A program made the position numbers and the translations under genes. The notes under the pieces were generated by a model that saw only the letters and a program-made list of their open reading frames with translations, made no database searches and had not been told where the DNA came from. From assembly GCA_964401575.1 (NCBI GenBank), contig CAYNZC010000002.1, positions 3,462 through 67,461 of the forward strand: DNA of 64,000 nt, in the 5' to 3' direction. Within the stretch, counting starts at the first letter, position 1; the number at the start of each line of letters is the position of its first letter. The DNA is from an uncultured Verrucomicrobiota bacterium. Its GTDB lineage: Bacteria; Verrucomicrobiota; Verrucomicrobiia; Limisphaerales; UBA8199. Below, piece by piece: positions 45,724 through 55,565 of the stretch.

Positions 45724-46458
45724 CTAGTAGAACCGGCGTGGCACAGCAAGACGTCCCATGCGAAACACAAGGAACAACTCTGCGCCTATCCGGCGCATCC
45801 GCCGCAAACCCAAAGGCACAGCCTGGGCCAGCCTTTGCGACCCCTCGCCATCGCAGATGGTTGGCGCCTGACGGCCGCCAAAAATCAAAGGGCATATCGT
45901 GAGATGCAGCTCGTCCACCAACCCGCCACGGAAAAGGGCGTCGTTGAGTTCTCCCCCGCCCTCGCACAACAACCGCCTCACATTCCATTCCCGACCCAGC
46001 CATGCAAGAGTCCCAGCCCAATCGATTTCATTCTTACCGCAAATTCTGACCTCATCAGCGACCCGCCTCAAGCTATCGATCCGCCTTTGTCCCGCGCGGT
46101 GTGTGGTCAAAACAATAATCCGCGAAAAGCGTTTGGTAAAGATGTGCGCCCCCGGATTGATCGATCCGCTCCGGCTGACAATAATCCGCAGGTTGTACTC
46201 GGCCAGGCCGCGCTGCACACGAAGCCTGCGGTACTTCGCCGGGCCGGGCCCCATGTTCACCCTGTTCAAATCAACGGTCCGGGCGCCTGCCATCACGGCG
46301 TCCACGGTCGAGCGCAGTTCGAGCAGGTTTTGTTTGTCCCGGGAACTGCCAAAAGAGGATACAGCCCGATTGGCAGTCGCGATTTTACCATCAGCGGTCA
46401 TCGCCATGTTCACCAGGAGAAACGGCAGCGCTCGCTTTTTCGGGTGTCGCTCAGTCAT
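45724..46458 (-). CDS. RibD C-terminal-domain (pyrimidine reductase / DHFR-like) protein
   Basis: FLLVNMAMTADGKIA, ELRSTVDAVMAGARTV and LLCEGGGELN are typical of the RibD_C reductase fold. ATGA-coupled to queA. Confidence 0.75.
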   Translation of the reverse strand: MTERHPKKRALPFLLVNMAMTADGKIATANRAVSSFGSSRDKQNLLELRSTVDAVMAGARTVDLNRVNMGPGPAKYRRLRVQRGLAEYNLRIIVSRSGSINPGAHIFTKRFSRIIVLTTHRAGQRRIDSLRRVADEVRICGKNEIDWAGTLAWLGREWNVRRLLCEGGGELNDALFRGGLVDELHLTICPLIFGGRQAPTICDGEGSQRLAQAVPLGLRRMRRIGAELFLVFRMGRLAVPRRFY

Positions 46459-47531
46459 AGGAGCAGCATCGCATCACCGTAGCTGAAAAACCTGTATTGC
46501 TCACGGACAGCCTCGGCATAGGCGGACAAGACCCAATCGCGCCCGTCCATGCTGCCCGGGGCGGCAAACGCGCACACCAGCATGAGCAGGGTCGAGCGAG
46601 GCAGGTGAAAGTTGGTGAGCAGCGCATCCACCACACGGAACGTGCCCGGCGGATGCACAAACAGCCGCGTCCTGCCCGTGCATGGCGGCACGGTTCCTTC
46701 GTGTTCACGTGCGACGGACTCCAACACTCGCAAACTTGTCGTCCCCACGGCCACCACGCGTCCGCCGTTTGCTTTGGTGCGAGTGATCTCCGCCGCCGCC
46801 GCCGCCGAAACCTCGTATCGTTCCTCGTGCATTATATGCGACTGGATGCGCTCTGCTTTCACGGGCGCAAACGTTCCCAACCCGACGTGCAAGGTCACAA
46901 AACAGACCCGCACGCCCATGTGCTTTAACCGGCTAATCATGTTCTCCGTGAAGTGCAGCCCCGCCGTTGGCGCAGCCACGGAACCGGGTGCCCGCGCAAA
47001 CACGGTCTGATAACGGGATCTGTCCTCCTCCGCCCAATCGGAGCTATTGCGCTCGATGTAGGGTGGCAAGGGGACCTCGCCCAGAGTCTCAATCATTTTC
47101 AGAATGTCATCAGCGCCTTCGAATCGCACCCGGCGGTGCCCCTCTTCGTTGGACTCCAGCACGATGCACAGGACGCCCGAGTCTCCGCCTGTTTTGTCCC
47201 AAATCCGGATCCGCGTCCCCGCCCGCGCACGTTTGCCGGGTCGCATCAACGCCCACCAATCATTTCGGGTGTTTTCCACGAGGAGAAATACCTCAAACCG
47301 GCCGCCGGTCGCAGCGTTGCTTCCCTTCAAGCGCGCCGGCACAACCTTCGAATCGTTCAGGACCAGCAGATCCCCCGCACGCAGAAACTCCGGAAACCGG
47401 CTGAATCGCGAATGCTCGACTTCCCTGCGCCCCCGATGCAACACCAGCATCCGCGAAGCATCCCGGATCGCTGCAGGATGCTGCGCGATCAACTCTCCAG
47501 GCAGGTCGTAATCAAAATCCACCGTCCGCAC
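46455..47531 (-). CDS. queA: S-adenosylmethionine:tRNA ribosyltransferase-isomerase
   Basis: DFDYDLPGELIAQHPA, VLNDSKV, TAGLHFT and LTNFHLPRSTLLML. Start taken at GTG 47531 (VRTVDFDYDLP); the ORF-track start at 47615 overlaps the GH97 gene. Confidence 0.9.
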   Translation of the reverse strand: MRTVDFDYDLPGELIAQHPAAIRDASRMLVLHRGRREVEHSRFSRFPEFLRAGDLLVLNDSKVVPARLKGSNAATGGRFEVFLLVENTRNDWWALMRPGKRARAGTRIRIWDKTGGDSGVLCIVLESNEEGHRRVRFEGADDILKMIETLGEVPLPPYIERNSSDWAEEDRSRYQTVFARAPGSVAAPTAGLHFTENMISRLKHMGVRVCFVTLHVGLGTFAPVKAERIQSHIMHEERYEVSAAAAAEITRTKANGGRVVAVGTTSLRVLESVAREHEGTVPPCTGRTRLFVHPPGTFRVVDALLTNFHLPRSTLLMLVCAFAAPGSMDGRDWVLSAYAEAVREQYRFFSYGDAMLLL

Positions 47532-47586
47532 ATCACAACTCTGGTGAAGAACGCGTTCCCCGTCAAACCGCCTCTGATGCGCCCGC

Positions 47587-49473
47587 TCACCGAATCCGAA
47601 CGACAAATCCACCACCGCGGCTCAAACGAATTTCGCGAGTCGTCCTGGCGTTCACGGCTACTCCCCGGTCAACAGCGAATTTCAAAGGTTCTCCAGGGGT
47701 GTCCATGACGAAATCGGCCATTCGCTGGCCCCGGCCAAGGAAGGAAAGATCCAGCGTATAGCTCTGTTCGTCACCGCCGTTGACCGCTCCGACGCACCAG
47801 GACTTTCCGGAGCGGCGGGCCAGGACGGCCAGTTCGCCAATGCGGCTGCCGGCCAGCACGCGGGTTTCGTCCCAAACCGCGGGCATCGTGCGTATGAAGT
47901 CCACCACGGGACTATCGAGATAGACCTCCGGCTTGTCGGCCCAGCAGAGAATGGGGGAAGACGTAATGACTGCACAGGCTAACTGCTGGGACACCGTGGT
48001 GCCCTTCACATTCTTGCTTTGGAACGTGGTAGGGGTGAAATCCCCGTGCCCGGCGAGATATCGAGTGAACGGCAGTGTGGCATAGTGCGCCTCCGGCAAA
48101 ACATCCCACTTGTTGTATTCCAGGCCCCGGATGCCTTCGCGAGTCATCTCGTTTGGCCAGGTCCTGGCTTCGCCCGCAGGCTTGTTCGCGCCATGAAAAT
48201 TTACCATCACTTTGTATTGCGCCCCGAACCGGAGACAATCCTGGTAAAACTCCAGCATCTTGTGCGACTCACTGTCCATGAAATCAATCTTGGTTCCTTT
48301 CACGCCGGCCTCCTGGCACCGCTTGAAGAAAGTCTCGCGCTTTTCAGGAGTTTCCAGTCCCGGCCAAAGTCTCTTTGGATTATGCGTCCATCCACTCCAG
48401 ATCCAGATATCCACGCCCTTATTCCTGGCGTAGTCGCACAATTCTTTCATGCGCTGCCACGCCGTTTTTCCTTCGGTTGACCATTTCTGGTCCGGGTGCT
48501 CCCAACCTTCGTCCACGAGATAGTACTGGCAGTTGAGAGCCGCCGCGCTGTCCACAAAGTAATGCTGCTTTTCCCAAAGCGTCCCGGCATTGTCAAAGGC
48601 CCACCATTGCCACAAACAGCGGCCGGGTTTGAGCCAGCCGGTGCGAACGCCCTTCGGGAACAGCGCCTTGTCCGGAGCCGCGCAAAGAGCAGGAACCACG
48701 TCCGACCCTTGCACCAACCTGTCGAGACTATCCCCCACGAGCAGCACACGCCAGGGTGTTCGCACGTCTCCATCCATCATCCATCCTTCGGGATCGTCGC
48801 AAAATGCCGATTTCAATGTCCACGTGCCCGTGGCCTCGGCCGTCATCCCGCTATAGCCCATAACTTCCGCCTCTGTAAGCGCCGCGTAAAACCCGCCCGC
48901 CAGTTCAAAAGTAATCGGAAAACCAATCCCCCTGGAAAACTCTTTGGACGGGATTTCATTCACACGATGCTTCCGGTAAACTCCCTCGTAATTCAGTGTG
49001 TCGGGATTGCACCATGCTACCGTTCCCTGCGGCAAAGTCCAGGCCGTCCGTTCCCCGGTGACCCTGTGCTCTCCAGCGCCGGGCACGACCGCCCTCCACG
49101 CCACACCATTATTAAAACAGCGAAACTCTAATTCCCATCCGCGACCGGAGGCGTGCTTTGCCTCAATGACCACCTTTGTGCCCCGCAGATCAATTTTGGA
49201 TTTGTTCCCGCGCCAGGCGAATTTCTCGCGGATGGTGCTGCTTTTGACGCGGCCTAATTGATCGGACGCCCCGTAGGAAACCCCGTCCAACTCCACCCCG
49301 ACAGGCGAAGGGGCAAGGATCTCCCGGCCCTGATAGAATACGCCGTAGGCAATTCCTCCGCCTTCATCAGAAACGGTTACCTTGAGGTGTCCGTCCGGAC
49401 TGTTGATTTGCATCCCGGCAAAAGCGCAAACAGAAAGCCCGGCTGCGAAGAGATTCAAAATTCTTTTCAGCAT
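47587..49473 (-). CDS. Glycoside hydrolase family 97 (alpha-glucosidase/alpha-galactosidase type)
   Basis: Signal peptide. GH97-like blocks (YYLVDEGWE; GVKGTKIDFMDSE; NFHGANKPAGEARTWPNEMTREGIRGLEY). Confidence 0.85.
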   Translation of the reverse strand: MLKRILNLFAAGLSVCAFAGMQINSPDGHLKVTVSDEGGGIAYGVFYQGREILAPSPVGVELDGVSYGASDQLGRVKSSTIREKFAWRGNKSKIDLRGTKVVIEAKHASGRGWELEFRCFNNGVAWRAVVPGAGEHRVTGERTAWTLPQGTVAWCNPDTLNYEGVYRKHRVNEIPSKEFSRGIGFPITFELAGGFYAALTEAEVMGYSGMTAEATGTWTLKSAFCDDPEGWMMDGDVRTPWRVLLVGDSLDRLVQGSDVVPALCAAPDKALFPKGVRTGWLKPGRCLWQWWAFDNAGTLWEKQHYFVDSAAALNCQYYLVDEGWEHPDQKWSTEGKTAWQRMKELCDYARNKGVDIWIWSGWTHNPKRLWPGLETPEKRETFFKRCQEAGVKGTKIDFMDSESHKMLEFYQDCLRFGAQYKVMVNFHGANKPAGEARTWPNEMTREGIRGLEYNKWDVLPEAHYATLPFTRYLAGHGDFTPTTFQSKNVKGTTVSQQLACAVITSSPILCWADKPEVYLDSPVVDFIRTMPAVWDETRVLAGSRIGELAVLARRSGKSWCVGAVNGGDEQSYTLDLSFLGRGQRMADFVMDTPGEPLKFAVDRGVAVNARTTREIRLSRGGGFVVRIR

Positions 49474-49729
49474 ATCAGTTCAAATTCTGCGACAGGTCTT
49501 AAACTACGAAACGCAACCAAACAAGAACGAAAAGCCTGCCGCGCAGCAACTTTGAAACGCGGAGGCAGCCAAGGTGTTGACCCTTGGCCCAAGAGCACCC
49601 CTCATGCCTGCAACCAATGCAACCTCTGCCGCTTTGGTTCTGACCCCGCGAGGAGCCACGGCGTGAAAGCTTCATTGAGCCTCATGTCCTTCGTTTCCCT
49701 ATTGTCGTGAATCCGCTATATTCGAACCG

Positions 49730-50932
49730 ATGCAACTGGAAGCTCTGATCAGAATGGCCCAACAGGAAGGGGCAAGCGATTTGCATATTGAGCCCGGCCT
49801 GCCCGCCGCACTGCGCGTGCGGGGAAATCTCAAGACCGTCGGCGAGCCTTTGGCCGCGAAAGACCTGCAAGATCTTGCAAGGGGATTGCTGGGCGATTCC
49901 GAATGGACCGCCTTCCTTCAGCAACGATCTCACGACTCTTCCCGGACGATCCAGGGAGTGCGCTGCCGCATCAACATGTTCTACTCGTCGCGCGGAGTTG
50001 GATTTGCCATTCGAATCCTGACGGCTTTCCAGGCTACTATCGAGCGGCTCAATCTCCACCCGGACCTCAAGAAGCTCATGAACAACCCGCATGGGTTGAT
50101 CCTGGTCAGCGGCCCCACGGGATCCGGCAAATCCTCCACCCTCGCAGCGCTCATCCAGGAAGTGAATCTCTCCCAGGCACGCCATATCATCACGCTCGAA
50201 AGCCCCATCGAGTATTTCTTCCGCCCGCGAAAGGCTTTCATCCGCCAGAGGGAAGTTGGACGAGACACGCCGAGCTTCGAGCAGGCGCTCCTGGATTCAC
50301 TCCGCCAGGACCCGGACATTCTCATGGTCGGCGAAATGCGCGATCCGGAAACAATGCGCCTCACACTCAGCGCGTCTGAGACCGGCCACCTCGTGCTCGG
50401 CACGCTGCATTCCTCGACCTGCGCCGAAGCGCTCCAACGCGTTGTCAGCGCGTTCCCCGCCGAATCGCAACCGTCTGTTGCCGCGCAACTCTCGGACTCG
50501 CTGGTGGCAGTCATCACACAACGACTGCGCTTTCGCCCCGAGTTGAACATCCGCGTGCCGGAATGCGAAATCCTTGTCGCAACGCATGCGGTCAAGAACT
50601 TCATCCGCAATCGCGACTTTTTCAAAATCGCTTCCGCGCTCGAGACGGGCGCCGATCACGGCATGTGGAGCTATCAGCGCTATCGCACATGGCTCGATTC
50701 GCGGAAGAACTGGGTTCTCCCCGCTGACAGCCCCGAGCCTCCGGACGAAATGCCGGAAGCCAGTTCAGCCGGCATCCCACAAACGGGACTTGTGGCTCCC
50801 GCCACAAAAGCGACGCCTGCAGCGCAAGCCACGCCACCCCTTGCTTCCACCGCCCAAGGCAAAGAACACCGCATCGACATCGAGCCCGAGGAAACCGAGT
50901 TCGGCAAAATCCTGCGTCCGCCCGAAGCCTGA
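49730..50932 (+). CDS. pilT: Type IV pilus retraction ATPase PilT-family protein with Pro/Ala-rich C-terminal extension
   Basis: GASDLHI, Walker A GPTGSGKSST, Asp box MVGEMRD and His box TGHLVLGTLHS. The last ~70 aa are low complexity. Confidence 0.85.
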   Translation: MQLEALIRMAQQEGASDLHIEPGLPAALRVRGNLKTVGEPLAAKDLQDLARGLLGDSEWTAFLQQRSHDSSRTIQGVRCRINMFYSSRGVGFAIRILTAFQATIERLNLHPDLKKLMNNPHGLILVSGPTGSGKSSTLAALIQEVNLSQARHIITLESPIEYFFRPRKAFIRQREVGRDTPSFEQALLDSLRQDPDILMVGEMRDPETMRLTLSASETGHLVLGTLHSSTCAEALQRVVSAFPAESQPSVAAQLSDSLVAVITQRLRFRPELNIRVPECEILVATHAVKNFIRNRDFFKIASALETGADHGMWSYQRYRTWLDSRKNWVLPADSPEPPDEMPEASSAGIPQTGLVAPATKATPAAQATPPLASTAQGKEHRIDIEPEETEFGKILRPPEA

Positions 50933-51006
50933 CCCGCACATATGCATGAACGAGGAATCGAAAACGCCATTGATGGCCGGGCTGCAAAACTGTAGGCTGC
51001 GCCCGG

Positions 51007-52050
51007 ATGAAACATCAGCTCGATTTTGAGAAGCCGATCCTGGAGCTGCAAAGCAAGCTCGATGAACTCAAGCGGCATTCCGGAGAGCACTCGCTCGGCA
51101 TTTCTGTCGAGGACGAGGTGCATCTGATTGAAAAGAAGCTGGAGGAGACCCGGCGGCAGATCTTTCAAAACCTGAGCGCCTGGGACCGGATCAAGATCGC
51201 CCGGCATCCCAAACGTCCCTTCACCCTGGATTATATCCGGATGGCGTTTACAGACTTTTCCGAGTTGCACGGTGACCGGCTGTACGCTGAGGACCGGGCG
51301 GTGGTAGGCGGTTTCGCCGCGATCGGAAGCCACAAAGTGATGGTCATCGGCACCCAAAAAGGGCGGGACACGAAGGAAAACATTCTCAGGAATTTCGGCT
51401 CCGCTCATCCGGAGGGCTACCGCAAAGCCTTGCGGCTGATGCGACTGGCTGAGAAATTCAACCTGCCGATTATCTGCATGATTGACACTGCGGGCGCTTA
51501 CCCTGGCATCGGCGCCGAAGAGCGACACATCGCCGAGGCCATCGCGGTCAATCTTCGCGAGATGATGCTTTTCGAGGTTCCCATCATCGCAGCGGTCATC
51601 GGAGAAGGAGGCTCCGGCGGCGCCCTCGGAATCGGTGTGGCCGACAAGGTTCTGATCATGGAAAACGCTTATTACTCCGTGATCAGTCCCGAGGGTTGCG
51701 CGGCAATCCTGTGGAAGGACCGCTCCGCAGCGGCGAAGGCGGCCGAGGCCCTCAAAATCACTGCAAAACACCTGCTGACCCTTGGGTTGGTGGACGAAAT
51801 CATTCCCGAACCACTCGGCGGCGCACACGGCGCTCCCGAAGAGGCGGCTGCCATTCTTAAGCAGGTTCTTTTGAAGCACCTGGAGGCCCTGATCGCTGTT
51901 CCCACACAGGACCGCTTGAAATCGCGATACGCCAAATTCCGCGCGTTCGGTCATTTTGTAGAAAAGAAACCCGAACCGGCGGAACCCGCTGAGGGAACCA
52001 GGTCTGTTGCTGCGCCAGCGTCGAACGGCGAGCCCCGGCAGACCCCGTGA
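51007..52050 (+). CDS. accA: Acetyl-CoA carboxylase carboxyltransferase subunit alpha
   Basis: LDFEKPILELQSKLDEL, IARHPKRP, GAYPGIGAEERHIAEAIA and GEGGSGGALG. Confidence 0.92.
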   Translation: MKHQLDFEKPILELQSKLDELKRHSGEHSLGISVEDEVHLIEKKLEETRRQIFQNLSAWDRIKIARHPKRPFTLDYIRMAFTDFSELHGDRLYAEDRAVVGGFAAIGSHKVMVIGTQKGRDTKENILRNFGSAHPEGYRKALRLMRLAEKFNLPIICMIDTAGAYPGIGAEERHIAEAIAVNLREMMLFEVPIIAAVIGEGGSGGALGIGVADKVLIMENAYYSVISPEGCAAILWKDRSAAAKAAEALKITAKHLLTLGLVDEIIPEPLGGAHGAPEEAAAILKQVLLKHLEALIAVPTQDRLKSRYAKFRAFGHFVEKKPEPAEPAEGTRSVAAPASNGEPRQTP

Positions 52051-52115
52051 GCAACTGCAGGTGTGTCTCAGATTTTCAACCCGTTCCGGGTGGACAGCTG
52101 TGAAGTTGAGCTTTT

Positions 52116-53090
52116 ATGACGCTCTACCCCCTGATATTTCAGCCTATCTTTAAGGATCGCGTCTGGGGCGGAAGACGGCTCGAGACCCTGTACGGCAAGA
52201 AGCTTCCCCCGGCAATCCCCGTCGGAGAGTCATGGGAGGTGAGCGACAGGCCCGGAGACCTCAGCGTCGTTGTCAACGGCCCACTGGCGGGCAAGGACCT
52301 CCACTGGCTTATAGAACACTATCGGACCGCTCTCGTGGGCCACTCAAGCCTCCATAATGGCAGATTTCCGCTCCTGATCAAAATCCTCGATGCCCGCGAA
52401 AAGCTCTCTCTTCAGGTCCATCCCCCGGCCCAAAAGGCTCGGGAACTGGGCGGCGAGCCCAAAACCGAGTTGTGGTACATCGCCGATGCTGACCCCGGGG
52501 CCGAGCTCTTTGTTGGTTTGAAACAGGGAATCACTCGCGCGGAGTTCGAAAAGCGGATCGCAGCCGGAGACATCGAGAAGTGCTTTCACAGAATTCCCGT
52601 GAAAAGCGGCGATGCGATGTTTCTCCCCAGCGGCCGCGTCCATGCAATCGGGGCAGGCCTCGTGATTTTCGAAATCCAGCAAAACTCGGACACCACCTAT
52701 AGAGTCTTTGATTGGAATCGCGTGGGCCTGGACGGCAAGCCTCGGGAACTGCACCTGCGCCAGTCCCTCGAAAGCATTGATTTCACTGACTTCGAGCCTG
52801 CCCTGGTTCCCCCTGCCTCCCCGCAGCCGAGCGCCATCTCTATTCGCCCACTCGTCCGTGATCCCCTCTTTAAGGTCTCAGCTTGCAGGCTCCCGGCAAA
52901 AACACAAATCGCACTGCCTGCCGGAGAAATGCGGATTCTCGGAGTAACCTCCGGCGCCGCCGAGGTTCACTGCAGTTCCTTTGTCCAGCATCTTGGCCCG
53001 GGAACATTCTGCCTCGTTCCTGCCGGGTTGGCCCGGGAATGCATCCTCCTTACAGACACCGGCGCAGAGTACCTCGAAACGCTGGCCTGA
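52116..53090 (+). CDS. manA: Type I mannose-6-phosphate isomerase (cupin)
   Basis: IWGG, ESWEVSD, LLIKILDAREKLSLQVHP, TELWYI and GDAMFLPSGRVHAIG. Confidence 0.8.
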   Translation: MTLYPLIFQPIFKDRVWGGRRLETLYGKKLPPAIPVGESWEVSDRPGDLSVVVNGPLAGKDLHWLIEHYRTALVGHSSLHNGRFPLLIKILDAREKLSLQVHPPAQKARELGGEPKTELWYIADADPGAELFVGLKQGITRAEFEKRIAAGDIEKCFHRIPVKSGDAMFLPSGRVHAIGAGLVIFEIQQNSDTTYRVFDWNRVGLDGKPRELHLRQSLESIDFTDFEPALVPPASPQPSAISIRPLVRDPLFKVSACRLPAKTQIALPAGEMRILGVTSGAAEVHCSSFVQHLGPGTFCLVPAGLARECILLTDTGAEYLETLA

Positions 53091-53172
53091 GCCGGAGAGC
53101 ACTGAGAAGCGGACTGCTTCCGTGCCCTGCCCCGAGCCGATTCGTTTTAACGGGCAAGCCCCACCATTGGAT

Positions 53173-53892
53173 CTACATTTTGAGATTCCAGTCGGTGCTA
53201 CTGTATTTTTCACGCACCAGCGATCTCATGCGCTCCAGCGGCACGGTGGCCAGCATCTCTGCGGCGCCCCATGCAGCCTTTAAGGCGGATTTCAGGTCGT
53301 CACCGGCGACATTCAGGGTGGTGAGAAAGTCGGTGTGGGCGCGACCATGCCTGTAGTCCGGTTGCTTGGATGGCATTTGCAGAACTTGCTCCATTAGCAC
53401 GAGATCGCAGTCCAAAAGGAAGCAACCGTGAAAGATGAGGAAATGCCTGCGGCGGCGCTGGGCGTTTCCGCAGAATTTTCGTCCTGCAGTGGCAAGATCC
53501 GTGTGGCCCCTTCGTTCAACGGCCAGACCAGTCAGGGCCGATATGCAGGCCCGATTGGCCTCCATCACGAATTCGTTCGTTCCAGTGATCCCCTCAAGGC
53601 TCGGGTGCGAATCCATCCGCAGTATCAGCGTGTAGTTGAGGCACCCGGGCGCTTGAAGGACAGTTCCCCCTCCCGTGCAGCGCCGGAAAACAGGCACACC
53701 CAGGCGTTCGCAGGCGGGGAGATTCACCTCCTGCGCTACCCGGTTGCCGTAACCAATGACAACAAATGCGGATGCAGGCTCCCAAAACCGGAGAACCGGC
53801 CCGACAAGACCGTCCTCACAAGCATCGAGAAGCGCCTCGTCAAAAGCGAGATTCTCAGCCGGGCTTTGGAACGTCAGATCGCAATAATACAT
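53173..53892 (-). CDS. Lipoate/biotin protein ligase family (BPL_LplA_LipB) protein
   Basis: VVIGYGNRV, RRCTGGGTVLQ and GRKFCGNAQRR are catalytic-domain motifs of LplA-like enzymes. Confidence 0.75.
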   Translation of the reverse strand: MYYCDLTFQSPAENLAFDEALLDACEDGLVGPVLRFWEPASAFVVIGYGNRVAQEVNLPACERLGVPVFRRCTGGGTVLQAPGCLNYTLILRMDSHPSLEGITGTNEFVMEANRACISALTGLAVERRGHTDLATAGRKFCGNAQRRRRHFLIFHGCFLLDCDLVLMEQVLQMPSKQPDYRHGRAHTDFLTTLNVAGDDLKSALKAAWGAAEMLATVPLERMRSLVREKYSSTDWNLKM

Positions 53893-54026
53893 TTAGAATC
53901 GCAGCGACAACCTGCCACAAAGTTGAACCGTACGGTGGCACGGGGGCGCCAGCAAGCTGCCGACCCCCGGTCTTTTTGATTCAAATTTCAGAACTCAGCT
54001 TTTTCTGCCCCGCCCCTCGCCTGTGC

Positions 54027-55391
54027 CTACGCGTGCAAGTACTGCCTGGGGAACTTCCAGGGCGCACGATACTTCGGGACGGCAAGATTTGACGCCTCCT
54101 TGTCCCCCACAATTCTCTCTTTGACCGGATCAAACCGAATAGAGCGCCCCAGTTTGAGCGATAGCAGGCTTAACTGAACCGGAACATCCACGCGAACGTG
54201 GTAATTGGGATTGCAACTGGGCTGTTGGCGTGCTTTCACACAATCCAGCCATTCACGCTCGTGCCCGGGCGAGGGCGGAATCGATTTTTCGGGCTCCTGC
54301 AAATCCTTCATCTTGTCCCCCTCAGCCACGATTCTCATCGTGCCGTAATTGGCCATGAGGGTTCCGTTGGTGCCGTGAAAATAAACGCCCAGGCGACGCT
54401 GCGGCACGGGGTTGCCATGAAAATCGAACCCATAGCTGTTAGCGAGCGAACACATCCACGTCATTGTGCGTCCCGGGTACTGCCAAAGCACTTCGTGATG
54501 ATCGTAAACATCTCCGTCATCCTTGAGCACAAAACGCCCGCCAGCCGAGCTGGTATTGATAGGGAAGCCCAGATCCAGCGCCCACACCGGCAGATCAATG
54601 ATGTGCGGCGCCATGCCCGGGGTCCATCCGCCGCTGTAAGCCATCCAGGAACTGTGATTGTACGCATCGTGCGCCAGCGTCGGATTGAACGGCCTGAGCG
54701 GAGCCGGCCCGCACCAGAGGTTCCAGTTCAAACCGAGGCTCTCCGGGGTTTGTTGCGCCGTCACCCTGCCGATGCCATCCGGATGCTGATTCAACACATT
54801 GAAGGTCCGTACGGCGCCGATGTGACCGAGGTTTCCCGAACGCACATATTCCACAACGCGCCGGTAGTTTTCCGAGGCATGGATCTGCGTGCCGACCTGG
54901 CAAATCCGCTTGTGTTTATTCACCGCGTTGCGCAAGGCGAAACTTTCGCCCAGGTGCATAGTCATCGGCTTCTGCACATAAAGATCCTTTCCTGCTTCAC
55001 ACGCCGCAACGGCCACGAGAGTGTGCCAATGTGGCGGTGTGGCGATGATCACTGCGTCCAGGTTCTTCTGCTTCAACATTTCACGGTAATCCTCGTACCC
55101 CTTGCAGGTGTCCTTGAAGCGCTCCACGATGACCTCCAGCCGCGCATCCCAGACATCGCATGCCGCCGTCACCACCACATCCGGGAACCGGGCGCAGACG
55201 TTGAGGTTTGATACCCCCATGCTGCCGCACCCAATGATTCCCAAATTAATTCTTTCGCTTGGCGCTGTCGTCCCGTTCGCCCCGAGCGCGCTACCCGGTA
55301 TGATCGTGGGAATCGCCAGCACAGCAGCCGCTGTGCCCGTTGTGCGAAGAAACTGTCGCCGCGAGACTCCGGAGGAATGATCTTTAATCAT
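54027..55391 (-). CDS. Tat-signal Gfo/Idh/MocA family oxidoreductase
   Basis: Start at ATG 55391 gives MIKDHSSGVSRRQFLRTTGTAAAVLAIP. Rossmann segment INLGIIGCGSMG and motif LYVQKPMT. Confidence 0.85.
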   Translation of the reverse strand: MIKDHSSGVSRRQFLRTTGTAAAVLAIPTIIPGSALGANGTTAPSERINLGIIGCGSMGVSNLNVCARFPDVVVTAACDVWDARLEVIVERFKDTCKGYEDYREMLKQKNLDAVIIATPPHWHTLVAVAACEAGKDLYVQKPMTMHLGESFALRNAVNKHKRICQVGTQIHASENYRRVVEYVRSGNLGHIGAVRTFNVLNQHPDGIGRVTAQQTPESLGLNWNLWCGPAPLRPFNPTLAHDAYNHSSWMAYSGGWTPGMAPHIIDLPVWALDLGFPINTSSAGGRFVLKDDGDVYDHHEVLWQYPGRTMTWMCSLANSYGFDFHGNPVPQRRLGVYFHGTNGTLMANYGTMRIVAEGDKMKDLQEPEKSIPPSPGHEREWLDCVKARQQPSCNPNYHVRVDVPVQLSLLSLKLGRSIRFDPVKERIVGDKEASNLAVPKYRAPWKFPRQYLHA

Positions 55392-55565
55392 GCTGACGTT
55401 GTAGCCCCACAAACAGAGCCGCGCAAGCCAAACGCGGCCCCTGCGCCCGGGGAGCTCCGGATTCGACGTTGGAAGCTGAATGCGCGATTTTGTTCTCATA
55501 TCGCGATCCCCTCTCGTTTCACTTTTCCCATGCAAACTGCGCCGGCTCTGCTAAGTTGCATCAAC

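Noticed and set aside
49555-49590. SRP (4.5S) RNA-like string GGAGGCAGCCAAGG
   Set aside because: It resembles only the GCAGCCAAGG part of the conserved helix 8 sequence. The GGAA tetraloop context and a complementary 5' strand are absent. It is better explained as a simple 7-bp hairpin in a promoter region.
50680-51954. 424-aa minus-strand ORF antisense to pilT/accA. Similar long antisense ORFs occur at 26006-27142, 38867-40078, 43782-45023, 54198-55211 and 15793-16623.
   Set aside because: These are typical stop-poor antisense frames of GC-rich coding DNA. The translations are Arg/Gly/His-rich with no motifs, while the opposite strand carries unambiguous conserved genes.
53941-53985. Plus-strand terminator-like hairpin CGGGGG...CCCCCG followed by GTCTTTTTGATTC, with no plus-strand gene upstream
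   Set aside because: It has only a 6-bp stem with a 16-nt loop. It lies in the gap between two minus-strand genes. It could be a weak bidirectional element or chance, and there is no evidence for an sRNA.
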